From Rhodoferax sp. (lineage in GTDB: Bacteria; Pseudomonadota; Gammaproteobacteria; Burkholderiales; Burkholderiaceae_C), in assembly GCA_964203415.1 (NCBI GenBank), contig CAXNME010000002.1, forward strand, positions 31,961-63,960: a stretch of DNA of 32,000 nt, read 5' to 3'. Made by a program: the position numbers and the translations under genes. Below are positions 17,173 through 23,828 of this stretch, one piece after another (position 1 is the first letter of the stretch; every line of letters begins with the position of its first letter). The notes below the pieces were generated by a model. The model was given only the letters and a program-made list of their open reading frames with translations, made no database searches and had not been told where the DNA came from.

Positions 17173-18147
17173 ATGGATGACCAAAACGACCTCCACCCCC
17201 TGCAACTCAAGGAACTGCCCTCCACGCTGCGCCGTCGCCCACCACTGAATCCCGTGGTGATCCGTGAGATGAACGAGGAAAGGGCTGAGGAATCCCGCAA
17301 GGCACGCAACACTTGGTATTGGGTTTGGTATGAGTGCCTACGCTTGAGCGAGGACTACCAACGCTGCTGCAAGAACAACGGCAAGGGGCGGCTGCGCCAT
17401 GTGTATCAGGACTTTGGGGATGTGTGCAGGAAGCCATTTCCCATTTGGTGGCGCAGCACGGGCAGATACCTTTTTGCAGAGCAGAAGTCTGTGCCCGTGG
17501 TGCAGTGCTACACCAAGACCCATGAAATGGACGACATTGGCAGTCTGCGCGGCAAGATCTTGATTGAAGTGCCTTTGAACCTGCGCAAGGCAACTGCGGT
17601 GCGCCAGATCAACAAGATCCTCAAGACCGCGTATGAAGGTCGCGAGGTGATCCCACGCGAACAAAGCACCGCACGGCGGCGATTGGTCAAGAGCAAGTTG
17701 CGCCTGCCCACTGCCAAGATGATGCTGCGGCTATATGAACTGCGCCAGCGCAAGCCAGAACTCACGCTGTGGCAACTGGGTGAGGCAGCAGGGGTTGAAC
17801 TGAACTTGTATGCCCGCACCCAAGAGCCTGTGATACTGAGCGTGCAGGAAGAGCGCACACGCATGAACATCGCTGTGAGCAGGTATTTACGCCAAGCCCG
17901 CGAATTGATCACCAATGCCACAGAAGGCGTGTGCCCCAGCATCAAAGCCTTTTGCCAATCAGGTGCTCACAGCCGACGATGCCGTGGAATCTGTTCCGAA
18001 TGGAACAACTGCACGAGGATGACACCAGCGAGTGAAGTGTCGTTCAACACGACACCCCACGACCTTGCTGAGCAGTCAAACCAGTTCCACCGCCCGCCGC
18101 TTCATGTCGTCATTCACGGAAATATATTTTTGGGTGGTAGAAATTGA
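17173..18147 (+). CDS. Hypothetical protein with probable C-proximal helix-turn-helix
   Basis: ATG at 17173 follows a 240-bp AT-rich region. The sequence is ..NTWYWVWYECLRLSEDYQRCC.. and ..RKPELTLWQLGEAAGVELN.. (HTH-like). The last ~60 codons look like read-through (Cys/Arg-rich, crossing palindrome H6 and overlapping the convergent recombinase), so the true stop may be earlier or in another frame. Confidence 0.5.
   Translation: MDDQNDLHPLQLKELPSTLRRRPPLNPVVIREMNEERAEESRKARNTWYWVWYECLRLSEDYQRCCKNNGKGRLRHVYQDFGDVCRKPFPIWWRSTGRYLFAEQKSVPVVQCYTKTHEMDDIGSLRGKILIEVPLNLRKATAVRQINKILKTAYEGREVIPREQSTARRRLVKSKLRLPTAKMMLRLYELRQRKPELTLWQLGEAAGVELNLYARTQEPVILSVQEERTRMNIAVSRYLRQARELITNATEGVCPSIKAFCQSGAHSRRCRGICSEWNNCTRMTPASEVSFNTTPHDLAEQSNQFHRPPLHVVIHGNIFLGGRN
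18037..18055. repeat. Island palindrome copy H6: GTGTCGT-TCAAC-ACGACAC
   Basis: Perfect arms. The centre is the reverse complement of the H1 centre. It lies 20 nt beyond the stop codon of the small recombinase gene. Confidence 0.9.
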
Positions 18148-18651
18148 TCTTGTGCCCTGCCAGGCTTGCCAGCACAAACACACTGATGCCCTGTGACTTG
18201 CCAATGAGGTCAAAAAGGTCTTGCGACCGCTGTGGCTGCTGGCATTGCTGATGCCAGCGCGGCGATACAGCCAAAAGAAGTGCTGCGACAGGGTGTTGGC
18301 GCTGAAGCCGCGTCGCGGTCCCCTGTGTGTGTAGAACAAAGGCTGGGTTGGCTCATGCCAAGTGCGTGAGCCCACATACGCAGCAAGTTCTGCCTGTAGC
18401 CGTGTGCTCACATACACCGTCCTGGCATAGCCATGCTTGACCCTGTGGCTTGCCAAGTAGATCTCGCTCTTGATCGACCCATCACGATTACGCACATCCG
18501 CCAGGGTCAAATCTGCCACTTCCCCCACGCGAAGCCCTGCCATGACCGTGACCAGCAACATCACGCGATTACGCACAGCATGCGGGCGAGCAGCGATGTA
18601 GGTCAGGGCGGTTTCCAGTTCTGCGGGGGTGAGTGATTTGGCTGCTGTCAT
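18076..18651 (-). CDS. Small (~191 aa) catalytic-domain-only tyrosine recombinase
   Basis: ATG at 18651 behind GGAGAA. It has AGLRVGEVADL (Arg I), SSHSGRKTF (H-x-x-R) and STTQKYISV (Tyr). The segment between them is locally out of frame; the alternative frame reads LIGKSQGISVFVLASLAGHK. Confidence 0.8.
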   Translation of the reverse strand: MTAAKSLTPAELETALTYIAARPHAVRNRVMLLVTVMAGLRVGEVADLTLADVRNRDGSIKSEIYLASHRVKHGYARTVYVSTRLQAELAAYVGSRTWHEPTQPLFYTHRGPRRGFSANTLSQHFFWLYRRAGISNASSHSGRKTFLTSLASHRASVCLCWQAWQGTRSISTTQKYISVNDDMKRRAVELV

Positions 18652-18982
18652 CTTGCGTTCTCCAATAAGTTGATGCGTTTTTAGTATGTGATCTTTGTGG
18701 GGGCGAGGACAACCGAAACCCGCCACTTTGGCGGTGTATTCGTGATCTGTTCGATTTCAACGACTTACGCTGCCTCGATAGGAGTTCAACTGAACTCTTT
18801 GTTCGCGTATTTATCCAAGTCAGCAGTGGGCTGCTGGAATACTCAGTGGCAAAAAGCACAGCAAGCCCTACAAGCGCAGCAGCGCCCCTCTCGCTACCCA
18901 AGCCAGCACACACGGGGCTTGCGCTGCACACAGGGCGGATTTGAGGCGTGGCTGCGCTGACGCACTGCAAATCAGCCCCGCG

Positions 18983-19420
18983 TCATCCCCCGTGCGCTGG
19001 CTTTGAGTGTGGGCTTGTCTGCGTCCTGCGCGGGCACTTGTTGGGGCGGCTGCACGGGTATTTGTGTGGTAGACGCCCTGTGCCACAGTGCCAACGGGAG
19101 TTTGAGGCTCTGGCGCTGGGTAGCCCGCAGCACTGGGCGCAGGATTGGCTGCAGGGTTTGGTGCTGCCTGAGGTGGCAGCACTTGCTTTGGCACTTGGCT
19201 GCAGGCTGCGGGCATTGCCACGGGCTTGGGTCTTGGTGGCGTGCGTGGCGCGGGCTTTTTGGTGCGGCTGGGCTTGCGGCTCTTTGGCGCGAGCAGCCCG
19301 TTCCTGTTTGGCACGCTCTTGCGCCTCTGCCTGCTGCTGTAGTGCAGCCCAGGTGTTGTCGCTGATGACCTTCCACATGCCCAGCGCGGTTTGGGCGTCT
19401 TCGATCTCAGAGATACGCAT
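18983..19420 (-). CDS. Hypothetical protein; C-terminal half ambiguous between two frames
   Basis: The N-terminus MRISEIEDAQTALGMWKVISDNTWAALQQQAEAQERAKQERAARAKE is plausible and lies 40 nt downstream of the preceding gene. After ~60 aa, both this frame and the overlapping Pro-rich frame (18868..19548) are open, so a frameshift is possible. Confidence 0.35.
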   Translation of the reverse strand: MRISEIEDAQTALGMWKVISDNTWAALQQQAEAQERAKQERAARAKEPQAQPHQKARATHATKTQARGNARSLQPSAKASAATSGSTKPCSQSCAQCCGLPSARASNSRWHCGTGRLPHKYPCSRPNKCPRRTQTSPHSKPAHGG

Positions 19421-19462
19421 GGCTGTGCTCCTTGCTTGGCTTGGATGTGTTGGATGTGTGGT

Positions 19463-19972
19463 TCATGCCCATGTCTCCAAGTCTGTGTTGGTAGCCAGCA
19501 ACTGGGGTGAGTTCTTGCTGGAATGGGCGAGACGGCAGTTGCGCACATCCAACTTCCACGCCTCCTCCACTTCTGCCTCTGCGTCCAAGATCGCCAAGGT
19601 CAGCGCCTTGTCATTGGGGTGGAACACGCACACGCCATCTACTGGGGTCTTGTGTTTGGTCAGTGGGTCATATCGCTGCACCCAACTGAACAAGGCGTGG
19701 GGTTGGTCTTCTACGGATTCCAGCACCATCATCTGCTGGTCTGTGCGGGCTTGGTGTGCCCATTCTTCATACGAGAACAGGTCGATCAGGTATTTGACCT
19801 TGGGGGCTTTGAGATCTACGGTGCCGTTGTACACAGCCCGTCGATACAAGCCTTTGCCGTAGGTGGTTCCGTAGGCTTGGTTCTCAAACAAGCGCACTGC
19901 CACGCTGGTGGGTGGGTAAGAGATGAGGTTCAGGTTCAGCGCAGGCGTGCGCTCGATATCGCGGTTCAGCAT
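19463..19972 (-). CDS. Hypothetical protein (169 aa)
   Basis: ATG at 19972 behind AAGGAGA. Composition is balanced. I recognise no family. Confidence 0.55.
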   Translation of the reverse strand: MLNRDIERTPALNLNLISYPPTSVAVRLFENQAYGTTYGKGLYRRAVYNGTVDLKAPKVKYLIDLFSYEEWAHQARTDQQMMVLESVEDQPHALFSWVQRYDPLTKHKTPVDGVCVFHPNDKALTLAILDAEAEVEEAWKLDVRNCRLAHSSKNSPQLLATNTDLETWA

Positions 19973-20118
19973 AAGTTTCTCCTTGTGTTGCTGTAGGAGT
20001 TGCGCGGTTGCTGCTGTGTTGCGGAAGGTCGCACCTGGGGTCTCAGGTGTTGCTCCAAGTCGCAGAAGCCAAAAGATGTCTCGCGTAGCGGGTTGCTGGT
20101 TGCCTGTTTCCAGTCAGG

Positions 20119-20214
20119 GCTACTCATTTGTGCCCAATGTCGCAACTAGCAACATGCGACGCTTTTCTATCTCGCTACTCATTAGCAACTCCATAGCAAC
20201 TCATCGCAACTCGC
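20119..20214. repeat. Iteron-like cluster, consensus (A/C)GC(A/T)ACTC
   Basis: Four tandem units with 10-11 bp period: GCTACTCAT (20174), AGCAACTCCAT (20184), AGCAACTCAT (20195), CGCAACTCGC (20205). Related copies occur at 20119 (GCTACTCAT), 20141 (CGCAACTAG) and 20148 (AGCAACATG). All lie in the 433-bp divergent intergenic region. Confidence 0.6.
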
Positions 20215-20285
20215 AAATATTTATCTCTCGGCAAAGAAAGGCGTAATAAATCAGCGGTATTTGTTGGGGTTTTGGCAAAACTGAG

Positions 20286-20304
20286 GTGGCGTTTAACACG
20301 ACAC
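20286..20304. repeat. Island palindrome copy H7 (degenerate): GTGGCGT-TTAAC-ACGACAC
   Basis: One arm mismatch (GTGGCGT vs GTGTCGT) plus a variant centre (TTAAC vs TCAAC), i.e. two substitutions relative to H6. It shares the right flank CCTTGC with H5. Confidence 0.6.
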
Positions 20305-20405
20305 CTTGCGATGTCCCGCCAATCTGGCGGGTGATCGATCGACCAGAAACGGTGGTCGGATCACATACTTGTCTGTGCTTTATCAACAACTGAAAGGAAA
20401 AGCAC

Positions 20406-20846
20406 ATGGCAACCCTCACTTCCCTCAAACTCACCGCCGCGCAAAAGAGCGTGAATCTGCCCGCTGTCCAAGTGCGGCGCAACAAACTGCTGCTGCGTTT
20501 GGCAGAGCAGCAACAGATGGCTCGCGCCCAGCAAGCAGGCGAGGTGTTCAGCGCCACCAAACTGCGCTTGGTCAAGGACGCGGATACGGGCGTAAAGAAA
20601 CAGATCCTCACCAGCAAAAGAGTAAAGCCTTGGTGGTTCGTGTGCGAGAACGGAAAACTGGCGCTGGGTGTTCGCTATGGCGCACGCTTGCTGGAACTGG
20701 GCAAAGGCAAGTTCGCGGTTGAGATCGCCAGCCACAAAGAACTCTTGCCCACGCTGGACTTGATCAAGACGGCGGTGCAGGACGGGGAGTTGGATGCTGC
20801 GATGGAAGCAGCGTCTGGGCGAGTGCGAGCAGGCTTTGCGAAATAG
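20406..20846 (+). CDS. Conserved-looking hypothetical protein (146 aa)
   Basis: ATG behind GAAAGGAAAAG. The sequence MATLTSLKLTAAQKSVNLPAVQVRRNKLLLRLAEQQQMARAQQAGE...KPWWFVCENGKLALGVRYGARLLELGKGKFAVE.. resembles small proteins I recall from other proteobacterial islands. I do not assign a family name. Confidence 0.6.
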   Translation: MATLTSLKLTAAQKSVNLPAVQVRRNKLLLRLAEQQQMARAQQAGEVFSATKLRLVKDADTGVKKQILTSKRVKPWWFVCENGKLALGVRYGARLLELGKGKFAVEIASHKELLPTLDLIKTAVQDGELDAAMEAASGRVRAGFAK

Positions 20847-20940
20847 CCTGTTCGCCCTGCACCTTGTGTGCGTCTTGCTGCACATGCAAAACAGATACAG
20901 GGTGCTTCAGCACACCGCCCGCGCACCTTTTGCGCTGGCG

Positions 20941-21150
20941 CTACTGCGGGTCTTTCGCCTGCTGGCGCTGTTTTTCGTAGGCGTCGTAGGTGCCCATTTT
21001 TTCGGTGGGCGTTGCTGCGCCAGCATCTTTCACGCTTTGCTGCGTTCGCAAACCTTCGTAGATGGATTGCTCCGTAATCAAGCCACAGCCTGCCACCAAC
21101 AAGGCAACAAAAACCATGAACACTGAAAGAGATTTACGCATTGCCAGCAA
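20941..21150 (-). CDS. Small lipoprotein (island copy)
   Basis: Signal peptide plus lipobox MRKSLSVFMVFVALLVAGC. The mature part GLITEQSIYEGLRTQQSVKDAGAATPTEKMGTYDAYEKQRQQAK is paralogous to the ORF at 21388..21651. Confidence 0.65.
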   Translation of the reverse strand: MLAMRKSLSVFMVFVALLVAGCGLITEQSIYEGLRTQQSVKDAGAATPTEKMGTYDAYEKQRQQAKDPQ

Positions 21151-21271
21151 GTCTAATGCTGTGCCAGTTGCGCGATGGTGGAGAACTTTTTGCGGGCTGT
21201 CGCACAGGGCGTGCTACACCGTTTTTGATGGGGCTTTTGAGCCGTTGATTTTGCTGGATTTTTTCCGTGCC

Positions 21272-21316
21272 AGGATTTTTTTCAATCCTCTGCTCTACCG
21301 ACTGAGCTACCGGGCC
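21272..21316 (-). pseudogene. Displaced 5' fragment of tRNA-Phe (positions 1-42, expanded anticodon loop)
   Basis: The reverse complement GGCCCGGTAGCTCAGTCGGTAGAGCAGAGGATTGAAAAAAATCCT lacks the variable loop, T arm and 3' acceptor strand. Confidence 0.85.
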
Positions 21317-21351
21317 AGAGGCGGGATTGTAACTGGCAAAAATCGGGTTCC
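21272..21351. repeat. Island direct repeat, right copy
   Basis: See the left copy. It contains AGGATTTTTTTCAATCC (T7 versus T4 in the intact gene). Confidence 0.85.
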
Positions 21352-21387
21352 ACACCCATTCGCCACGGCGCTAGCGCGTAGACGCCA

Positions 21388-21651
21388 TCAGGGCGTTTCA
21401 GGCGGGGCGGTCGGGGATTTCGCTTTATCCCGCTCTTTTTCATAAGCGTCGTACGACCCGAGCGACTCGGGTGGTTGCGATGACCCGGCGTCTTTGATGC
21501 GTTGCTGTGTACGAAAGCCTTCGTAAATAGATTGGGTGCTGACCAGCCCGCAGCCACCCAGGGGCACGGCCAAGAAGACGACAGTGATGGGAGCAGCTTG
21601 CACGTGGGCGCCACTGTACGCGACCGATGTAACGGACCCGACGGTCACCAT
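21388..21651 (-). CDS. Small lipoprotein (chromosomal copy); N-terminus atypical
   Basis: Lipobox FLAVPLGGC, then GLVSTQSIYEGFRTQQRIKDAGSSQPPESLGSYDAYEKERDKAK. The predicted N-region (MVTVGSVTSVAYSGAHVQAAP..) has no basic residue, so the start or N-terminus may be rearranged. Confidence 0.6.
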   Translation of the reverse strand: MVTVGSVTSVAYSGAHVQAAPITVVFLAVPLGGCGLVSTQSIYEGFRTQQRIKDAGSSQPPESLGSYDAYEKERDKAKSPTAPPETP

Positions 21652-21953
21652 TGGAACTTACAGCTCGTCCGCAAATTGGGCCTCTACATACGGTGTGTAT
21701 GCCAAACCCAATATTGACGTGGCCAAAGATGTCAACCTTTTTGCCCGCGTAGGCTACGCGATGACTTCATTAACAGCTTCCCCACATCAACCCGTAGCCG
21801 TACGTTGTCGAGCGACTCGGATGTCTTATGGGCTAGGCGCTAGCTGCAAAATCATACAAATCTATCAGCATCAACGGCGACTACATGGTTTATTACCAAG
21901 GCAGCCCCAGCGTTGTGAGTGGTTACACCATAGGGCTCGGTTTTAACTTCTGA
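21652..21953 (+). pseudogene. 3' remnant of an outer-membrane beta-barrel protein gene
   Basis: It ends ..SINGDYMVYYQGSPSVVSGYTIGLGFNF*, a typical OMP C-terminal strand with terminal Phe. Upstream, in another frame, it reads ..YGVYAKPNIDVAKDVNLFARVGYAMTSL..SYGLGAS. There is at least one frameshift near 21875, and no room for an N-terminal signal peptide or first strands. Confidence 0.45.
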
Positions 21954-21961
21954 TCTGTACC

Positions 21962-21988
21962 CGCGGAGCAGTCGCAGACTGCTCCGCG
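21962..21988 (+). terminator. Strong hairpin after the OMP remnant
   Basis: Perfect 11-bp stem CGCGGAGCAGT / ACTGCTCCGCG with loop CGCAG. No clear T-tract follows. Confidence 0.4.
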
Positions 21989-22027
21989 CTGAGAAGCTTT
22001 ACTGAGCGATGCGGGTACCATCCCCGC

Positions 22028-22920
22028 ATGTTCAGTTACCGCCACGCCTTCCACGCAGGCAACCACGCCGATGTACTCAAGCACACCATTTTGCTGGCCG
22101 TGCTCAAGCACATGGCGCAAAAAGACACACCGTTTACCGTTCTAGACACCCACGCCGGGGCGGGCCTGTACCGCCTGGATGGCGATTACGCCCAAACCAG
22201 CGCCGAGGCGGCCCAGGGCTTTGTGAAACTGATGGCAGCAAACGCTGGCGGCCAGGTTCTCACTCCAGTGGTGCAGGATTACGCGGACATGGTCGCCAGC
22301 TTCAACACCGGGCCGCAGGCGCGCGTCTACCCGGGCTCGCCCTTCATCATCCAGCAGCAACTGCGCGGGCGCGACAAGCTCAAGGCCTTTGAACTCCACC
22401 CCACCGACGCCAAGACCCTGGCGGCCAATATCGCCCAGCTCGAGGCGGGGCGGCAGGTCGCGGTGCTGCGCGAAGATGGCTTTGAAGGCGTGCGCAAATT
22501 TTTGCCCCTCCCACGCGGCGCGCGCTGCTGCTGTGCGACCCGAGTTATGAGGTCAAAACCGACTACCCGCGCCTGAACGCCATGGTGGCCGATGCGCTGC
22601 TGCGTTTTGCCACCGGCACCTACATGGTTTGGTACCCCATCATCCCGCGCCCCGAGGCGCATGACGTGCCGCGCAAGCTCAAGTCGCTGGCCATGAAAGC
22701 CGGCAAAGCCTGGTTGCACGCCACACTGACCGTCAAGTCCAGCAAGCTGCTTTTGGGCGATGACGGCCAGACCGTGCGGCCCGGCCTGCCCGCCAGCGGG
22801 GTGTTTCTGATCAACCCGCCCTTCACGCTCAAAGCCGCGCTCAAAGACGCCCTGCCGCAACTCGCCACCGTTCTGGCGCAGGACGGCAACGCCAGCTCCA
22901 CGCTAGACAGCGGTTCCTGA
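22028..22920 (+). pseudogene. rlmJ: 23S rRNA (adenine2030-N6)-methyltransferase RlmJ, one frameshift
   Basis: MFSYRHAFHAGNHADVLKH.. is the RlmJ N-terminus. The frame switches near the T5/C4 run at 22499-22508; the second frame reads APPTRRALLLCDPSYEVKTDY...YMVWYPII. Confidence 0.85.
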
Positions 22921-22937
22921 CCAGCCAAGCTTGCGGC

Positions 22938-23805
22938 TTAAGCGGCTAGCGCCTGCGGCAAGGTTCGCACCAGTCCCAAGCGCTCACACAGCGCCAAGGT
23001 CGGCACGCTCTGGTTCATGGTGTAGATGTGAAAGCCCGGCGCGCCGCCCGCGCGCAGCCGCTCACACAAATCGGTCAACACATCCAAACCAAAGGCCTGC
23101 ACCGCAGCCAGGTCATCGCCCAAACTCTGCAAACGCAGTCGCAGCCAGCGCGGAATCTCGGCCCCGCAGGCGTCGGAGAAGCGGATCAGCTGCGCCGCGT
23201 TGCCGATGGGCAGAATGCCCGGCACCACCGGCACATCCACACCCAAGGCATGCACCTCGTCCACAAAACGGAAATACGCGTCGGCGTTGTAAAAGTATTG
23301 CGTCAGCGCGCCGTCGGCACCGGCGCGCACCTTGGCGGCGAAGGCCTGTGCGTCGTCCCGCGCGCTGGCAGCCTGCGGATGCACTTCCGGGTAGGCGGCC
23401 ACTTCGATGCGGAAATGGCTGCCGGTTTCCTCGCGGATAAACGCGACAAGCTCAGCGGCGTAGCGGAAGTCGCCGCCCTGGTAGCCCGCAGGCAAATCGC
23501 CCCGCAAGGCCACCAGACGGCGCACGCCCATGGTCCGCAGTTGCTGCAATTGCGCGCGCACCGACGCGCGGGTGGCGTTGATGCAGGTGAAATGCGCAGC
23601 GGCTTCGCACCCTTCGGTCAGGATATCGGCCACCATGGCAAAGGTGCCGGCCTGGGTTGCTGCCACCTGCCCCATACGTCACAGAGCAGAACGCGGGTTG
23701 CAGCGGATACAGAGCCTGACGGGTCAGGGCGAGTGTGGCGGCGGCTTGCGCCGTTTTCGGGGGGAAGAATTCCAGACTGACTGGAATCCGGGATAGTGAA
23801 GACAT
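22938..23805 (-). pseudogene. metF: 5,10-methylenetetrahydrofolate reductase MetF, one frameshift
   Basis: MSSLSRIPVSLEFFPPKTAQ...FCSVTYGAGGS is in one frame, then TQAGTFAMVADI...HFTCINATR.. in the next. There is an extra A at ~23657 (GGC AGC A ACC). The length 868 nt equals 3n+1. Confidence 0.85.
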
Positions 23806-23828
23806 GGTGTACTCATCATGATCAAGGC

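Larger units (their letters stand above)
9743..21351. mobile_element. Decayed integrative genomic island (~11.6 kb) inserted at tRNA-Phe
   Basis: It is flanked by direct repeats (9743-9826 and 21272-21351), with an integrase gene next to the intact tRNA. The interior has strongly heterogeneous GC (by eye, inserts of roughly 35-40% in a >60% background), a second recombinase, and island-only repeats. Confidence 0.8.

Noticed and set aside
18868-19548. 226-aa Pro/Ala-rich minus-strand ORF as a separate gene
   Set aside because: It overlaps both the 169-aa gene end and the 145-aa ORF. It is more likely an alternative frame of the 18983-19420 gene (possible frameshift) or non-coding. I could not decide from sequence alone, so it is not called.
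11256-20304. Could the seven 19-bp palindromes be a CRISPR array?
   Set aside because: Spacing is irregular and kilobase-scale (0.7-2.6 kb). The repeats flank genes rather than short spacers. There are no cas genes, and the repeat centres occur in both polarities.
22931-23440. 169-aa Arg/Pro/Ala-rich + strand ORF
   Set aside because: It is antisense to metF and has an implausible composition.
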